A program made the translations under genes and the position numbers. Below the pieces are notes generated by a model. The model was given only the letters and a program-made list of their open reading frames with translations. It ran no database searches and had not been told where the DNA came from. Positions 31,944-34,758 of a stretch of DNA of 34,758 nucleotides are shown here, one piece after another. Origin of the DNA: a virus; the IMG/VR virus record IMGVR_UViG_3300045988_102610, positions 1 to 34,758 of that record, one strand, 5' to 3'. Position 1 is the first letter of the stretch; each line of letters opens with the position of its first letter.

Positions 31944-32303
31944 ATGACGGACGCGGAAATTATCTATTCCATTCGTAAAGCGTTGAACCTGAGCCGGGCT
32001 AAATTCGGCGAGAAAATCGGCGTCAGCGAAAGCGTAATTAAAAATATCGAGTTACGTGGGAACAAGGTAAAACCGTTGATGGCGGATTTGATTTGTAAAA
32101 TTTACAACGTAAATCAAGCCTATATCGAGACGGGCGAAGGTGATATGTTTACTGTGTCGGACGATTTCATACTTGACGAAGTAAAAGAAATCTATGAGTT
32201 AACCGACCAACAGTTACAAATCATTAAGAACTTCCTCGAACTCGACGACGACGGAAAAGAAATGGTGATTGAAACCGCGAAATCTTTAGCTAAGGATTTA
32301 TAA
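31944..32303 (+). CDS. XRE-family HTH repressor (CI-like), without a peptidase S24 domain
   Basis: IRKALNLSRAKFGEKIGVSESVIKNIELRGNK is an XRE HTH. The protein is 119 aa in total, with only an acidic helical C-terminal part of about 50 aa. Confidence 0.8.
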   Translation: MTDAEIIYSIRKALNLSRAKFGEKIGVSESVIKNIELRGNKVKPLMADLICKIYNVNQAYIETGEGDMFTVSDDFILDEVKEIYELTDQQLQIIKNFLELDDDGKEMVIETAKSLAKDL

Positions 32304-32313
32304 GACAAAAAGA

Positions 32314-32349
32314 AGGGTGTAGCAAAACGCTACACCCTTTGTTTTTTTT
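32314..32349 (+). terminator. Rho-independent terminator of the repressor gene
   Basis: AGGGTGTAGC pairs with GCTACACCCT and is followed by TTTGTTTTTTTT. Confidence 0.8.
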
Positions 32350-32388
32350 GCAATTCATAAAAACAATGCAAATTTACGAATTGATAAT

Positions 32389-32423
32389 ATAAAAAAAGCG
32401 AGTAACTTAAATGTTGCCCGCTT
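32389..32423 (-). terminator. Rho-independent terminator of the 71-aa gene
   Basis: On the minus-strand RNA, AAGCGGGCAAC pairs with GUUACUCGCUU (one G-U and one mismatch) and is followed by U7. Confidence 0.6.
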
Positions 32424-32429
32424 TACTTA

Positions 32430-32645
32430 TTAGTATGAAGCTACTGTATCGTAACTATTACAAAATACCTCGCCTTGTTCCCAATTACAAATACGCGCCC
32501 TTTTCTGTTCGCTTGTTCTTTCGTTGCTTCTTCCCTCGTGTTGAATAGTAACAAATGTTACTGTTTTCGCTGTTCTTTTAATGATTTCATAAGCAACGCC
32601 CGCGCCTGAAATATCTTTGTATCTTTTTCCAACTTCAAATTTCAT
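32430..32645 (-). CDS. Hypothetical 71-aa protein driven by cassette copy B
   Basis: ATG 32645 has the same AAAAGAGGTTTTCAAAATGAAA context as the gene at 111. Sequence MKFEVGKRYKDISGAGVAYEIIKRTAKTVTFVTIQHEGRSNERTSEQKRARICNWEQGEVFCNSYDTVASY. No family recognised. Confidence 0.65.
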   Translation of the reverse strand: MKFEVGKRYKDISGAGVAYEIIKRTAKTVTFVTIQHEGRSNERTSEQKRARICNWEQGEVFCNSYDTVASY

Positions 32646-32672
32646 TTTGAAAACCTCTTTTATTATTAATAT

Positions 32673-32698
32673 TTGTAAGTATTTCCTTTTCCTTACAA
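32673..32698 (-). promoter_or_regulatory. Leader stem-loop of cassette B (TTGTAAG / loop gaaaaggaaata / CTTACAA on the minus strand)
   Basis: Perfect 7-bp inverted repeat at the same position as the cassette A hairpin, but with different arm sequence. Confidence 0.55.
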
Positions 32699-32702
32699 TT
32701 AT

Positions 32703-32731
32703 ATTATACGCTTTTACACGTAGTTTGTCAA
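32703..32731 (-). promoter_or_regulatory. Consensus promoter, cassette copy B (TTGACA-17 nt-TATAAT)
   Basis: The minus strand reads ttgacaaactacgTgtaaaagcgtataat, which differs from copy A by one base. Confidence 0.75.
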
Positions 32732-32758
32732 GGCTTTTCTCAAATTTTTTTATAATTT

Positions 32759-32875
32759 TTACTTCTTTTTTTGGCTTCTGCTGTACCAATAACAAATATA
32801 TTTGTATATTTTAGATAATAATTTTTCGTCGTCGATTTTATCTAACATTACCTTTATTAACTCTTTTGTACTCAT
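32759..32875 (-). CDS. 38-aa ORF under a LexA-box promoter (candidate antirepressor or recombination directionality factor; not in track)
   Basis: GAGGTGA, 5 nt, then the ATG at 32875. Hand translation MSTKELIKVMLDKIDDEKLLSKIYKYICYWYSRSQKKK. Confidence 0.5.
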   Translation of the reverse strand: MSTKELIKVMLDKIDDEKLLSKIYKYICYWYSRSQKKK

Positions 32876-32893
32876 CAAAATCACCTCTATTAT

Positions 32894-32922
32894 ATAATAG
32901 AACATATGTTCTAATTAGTCAA
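32894..32922 (-). promoter_or_regulatory. Promoter TTGACT-17 nt-TATTAT with the LexA box in its spacer
   Basis: The -35 is at 32922-32917 and the -10 at 32899-32894 on the minus strand. Confidence 0.55.
32898..32913. promoter_or_regulatory. LexA (DinR/Cheo-type) box: TAGAACATATGTTCTA
   Basis: 16-bp perfect palindrome. The core GAACATATGTTC matches the Gram-positive SOS box GAAC-N4-GTTC (CGAACRNRYGTTYC) at all 12 core positions. Confidence 0.7.
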
Positions 32923-32970
32923 TACCTTATTGTTATTTTGCCCCGTTTTGGCTGTAAAAAACGTAAAAAA

Positions 32971-33004
32971 GCATAAAAAAATAGCTAGTCTAACGACTAG
33001 CTAT
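32971..33004 (-). terminator. Rho-independent terminator of int
   Basis: ATAGCTAGTC pairs with GACTAGCTAT in a perfect 10-bp stem with loop TAAC. It spans the int stop codon and is followed by T6 on the minus strand. Confidence 0.85.
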
Positions 33005-34561
33005 TAACGCGAAGGTTTTAAGCACTGCGGACGATATTAAATAACCGCCAGACGGTGCGACTACCTTTGGCTTTGGCTGAGCGGTGTCGGTAGTAGTCGC
33101 ACCGCTTATGTCTTTTAACATATCATTATAACTAACTTTTTCAGCTTCTTTGAAGCCGTTATAATAAATAATAATTTTATCATCAAATACATATATAGCA
33201 TTGATAAATGTATCAATAATTTGTTTTTGAAACTCTTTATCTCTAATATTTCCGTTCGTAACATTCTTGATAAATTCAACAACATCAGACACATTCATTT
33301 TAGCTTGCGATATTGATTTTTCACGCGCTATCTCTAATTCGAGTTCGTTCAATTCAATGTCGATTTGTTCAATTTCTTTATTCAGCTTATCCAACATACG
33401 CTCATTAGTTGTCTTTAGTAATGCGTGTGATAATTCGTCGAATTTAGCTTCTAAGCTGTTTTTATTTTCTTCTAGTGTAGTTAAATGATTGTCGCCAAAT
33501 TCGCAATTGTACAAATCTACAACTTTCTGTGCCACTTCTTTAATAAACTTTCTGTCGCTATACATTTCAAGCGTTTTGCGCACAATTATTTCTTCAAGTT
33601 CTTCTTGTCTTTCTCTTTTTTTATTGCAATTATTTTTGTGAAATTTTTGGTTTCTGCATACATAGTAACCAAATTTTACTCCGTGACGTCCTGTTGATGT
33701 TTCGCCAGTTATCGAAGCTCCGCAATATCCGCAAAATAATTTTGTTGACAATAGATATTCGCGCTTATACGAGCGCGCACCGCCTTGACGCTTATTTTTC
33801 GTCAAAATGTTTTGTACCGTGTCGAATAAATCAACGTCAACAAGCGCGGGAATAACGTCTTTAATCGTAATATCTTGATAATTATATTCACCGATATATT
33901 TTCGATTTTTTAGAAGCCTATCGAGTGAGCTAAATGCAAATTTGGTTCCTTTTTTGTTTCGCCAACCTTTTGCGTTTAAATCGTTTATAATCTCTTTTTT
34001 TCCTTTGCCGGACGCGTATTGAGTATAAACATATCTTACAATTTCCGCTTCTTTCTCATTGATAACGTAACGCTTATTAACGACGTCATACCCGAGCGGA
34101 GCGGTACCACCGCAAGACAAACCGTGTCTAACTGATTCGCGCATTCCTCGTCTTACATTCTCGCTCAGCTGTAGACTATATGTTTCCGCCATTGCTTCTA
34201 AGATTGATTCCAACAAGACACCTTCCGAGCCTTCCCCAACAAATTCGGTCACGGATAACACCCTAACTCCGCATTTTTTAAGCTGATTTTTATAAACCGC
34301 GCTATCATAACGATTACGCGCAAATCTGTCTAATTTCCAAACAAGTATATATTTAAACTGTTTATTTTTGGCGTCACGTATCATTTGTTGAAACTGCGGG
34401 CGCTCGTCAGTCGTTCCGGATATAGCCCTATCCGAATACACGTTGATAACCTTCATTGCGTTGCGTTCCGCGTAGTCCTTGCAATATCTCAATTGACCGT
34501 CAATACTTTGTTCTTGTTGATTGTGGCTCGAAAATCGCGCATAAATAACAGCGTTTTCCAT
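32990..34561 (-). CDS. int: Large serine recombinase (phage integrase)
   Basis: ATG 34561 follows AAGAGG. The resolvase-type N-terminus is AVIYARFSSHNQQEQSIDGQ..DRFARN. A recombinase domain (GGTAPLGYD), a zinc ribbon (CGYCGASITGE..YYVC) and a C-terminal coiled-coil are present. 523 aa. The track N-terminal extension is read-through of the promoter cassette. Confidence 0.95.
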   Translation of the reverse strand: MENAVIYARFSSHNQQEQSIDGQLRYCKDYAERNAMKVINVYSDRAISGTTDERPQFQQMIRDAKNKQFKYILVWKLDRFARNRYDSAVYKNQLKKCGVRVLSVTEFVGEGSEGVLLESILEAMAETYSLQLSENVRRGMRESVRHGLSCGGTAPLGYDVVNKRYVINEKEAEIVRYVYTQYASGKGKKEIINDLNAKGWRNKKGTKFAFSSLDRLLKNRKYIGEYNYQDITIKDVIPALVDVDLFDTVQNILTKNKRQGGARSYKREYLLSTKLFCGYCGASITGETSTGRHGVKFGYYVCRNQKFHKNNCNKKRERQEELEEIIVRKTLEMYSDRKFIKEVAQKVVDLYNCEFGDNHLTTLEENKNSLEAKFDELSHALLKTTNERMLDKLNKEIEQIDIELNELELEIAREKSISQAKMNVSDVVEFIKNVTNGNIRDKEFQKQIIDTFINAIYVFDDKIIIYYNGFKEAEKVSYNDMLKDISGATTTDTAQPKPKVVAPSGGYLISSAVLKTFALIASR

Positions 34562-34601
34562 TTTAATTACCTCTTTTATTATCAAAATGATGTAATTAAA
34601 A
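34561..34601. promoter_or_regulatory. 10-bp perfect inverted repeat with 21-bp spacer (TTTTAATTAC...GTAATTAAAA) between the int -10 and the int ATG; candidate attP or operator
   Basis: The arms are at 34561-34570 and 34592-34601. The int SD lies in the spacer. Confidence 0.45.
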
Positions 34602-34628
34602 TTATATTGATTTTTAAATAAATTCCAA
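34601..34628 (-). promoter_or_regulatory. Putative int promoter (TTGGAA-16 nt-TATAAT)
   Basis: The -35 is at 34628-34623 and the -10 at 34606-34601 on the minus strand. It is divergent from the cassette A promoter at 34669-34697. Confidence 0.5.
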
Positions 34629-34647
34629 TAGTTTTTCGAAAAAAATT

Positions 34648-34758
34648 GAAAAAATTTTGAAAAAAGGGTTGACAAACTACGGGTAAAAGCGTATAATATA
34701 GACATAAGGTAAAGGAAACGAACCTTATAAATAATAATAATAAAAGAGGTTTTCAAAA
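34648..34758. repeat. Terminal overlap copy 2 (identical to 1-111)
   Basis: Same 111-nt string as the window start. The window ends on the A of the ATG of the gene at 111. Confidence 0.9.

Larger units (their letters stand above)
1..34758. mobile_element. Complete temperate siphovirus-type phage genome (circularly closed contig)
   Basis: Lysogeny, early/replication, packaging, head, tail and lysis modules are all present in canonical order. The window ends overlap by 111 nt. Confidence 0.9.

Noticed and set aside
32646-32795. Upstream 50 codons of track ORF 32430-32795
   Set aside because: They run through the cassette B promoter and hairpin. The real start is ATG 32645, which has the same RBS context as the gene at 111.
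34562-34756. N-terminal 65-aa extension of the integrase ORF in the track (MKTSFIIIIYKVRFLY...)
   Set aside because: It is a translation across the int promoter and the reverse complement of cassette A. A proper AAGAGG SD and an ATG at 34561 precede the conserved resolvase N-terminus (AVIYARFSS). The similar-looking peptide in ORF 32617-32814 (+) is the same repeat read on the wrong strand.
32640-34758. Hin/Gin-style invertible promoter switch (inverted repeats flanking a serine recombinase)
   Set aside because: The recombinase is a 523-aa large serine integrase with a zinc ribbon and coiled-coil, not a small invertase with a C-terminal HTH. The repeats are ~110-bp promoter cassettes, not short hix-like sites. 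Both promoters face outward, so inversion would not switch anything on or off. Homologous inversion remains possible and is noted in the findings.
1-34758. tRNA, rRNA, reverse transcriptase/DGR, retron, toxin-antitoxin pairs and known defence-system gene sets
   Set aside because: Scanning by eye found no cloverleaf-like GC-rich segments, no YxDD reverse-transcriptase motif, no template/variable repeat pairs and no recognisable defence-system signature proteins. Absence cannot be proven without search tools.

Overview
The window looks like a complete, circularly closed genome of a temperate siphovirus-type phage. About 34.65 kb is unique, and bases 1-111 repeat exactly at 34648-34758. AT-rich sequence, strong GGAGG-type ribosome-binding sites, a GH25+SH3b endolysin and a GAAC-N4-GTTC LexA-type box point to a low-GC Gram-positive (Bacillota, Clostridia-like) host. 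Nearly all genes are on the minus strand. Reading from high to low coordinates, the order is as follows. (1) Lysogeny module: large serine integrase, small SOS-box ORF, 71-aa ORF and a divergent XRE repressor. (2) Early genes: membrane proteins, SMC-like ATPase, Cas4-like nuclease, SSB, ERCC4 nuclease, a replisome organiser with internal iterons, and many Cys-rich small proteins. (3) A late-regulator candidate. (4) Packaging and head genes: terS, orf188, terL, portal, MuF fusion, scaffold and capsid. (5) Connectors and tail: major tail protein, G/T chaperone, a moron, tape measure, Dit/Tal and a depolymerase-type fibre. (6) Lysis cassette. Nothing here is a recognised defence system. The most unusual material is in and around the lysogeny module. 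A perfect LexA box sits in the spacer of a promoter driving a 38-codon ORF next to int, and the repressor lacks a cleavage domain. A roughly 110-bp promoter+leader+RBS cassette is duplicated in inverted orientation on both sides of int and drives two unrelated small genes, one extremely acidic; its leader hairpin is kept by structure rather than sequence. A 10-bp/21-bp/10-bp inverted repeat with serine-integrase attP-like geometry lies between the int promoter and the int ATG. A 726-bp non-coding AT-rich tract carries helically phased TTCAA repeats. Other points of interest are a MuF minor-head protein fused to an HExxH domain with a small downstream immunity-like gene, an unknown gene translationally coupled between terS and terL, three tandem 25-bp repeats upstream of the scaffold gene, an autonomous moron between the tail chaperone and the tape measure, and an A7-run frameshift in a lysis-cassette gene. 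All functional calls come from motif recognition by eye and from gene order. No database search was possible.
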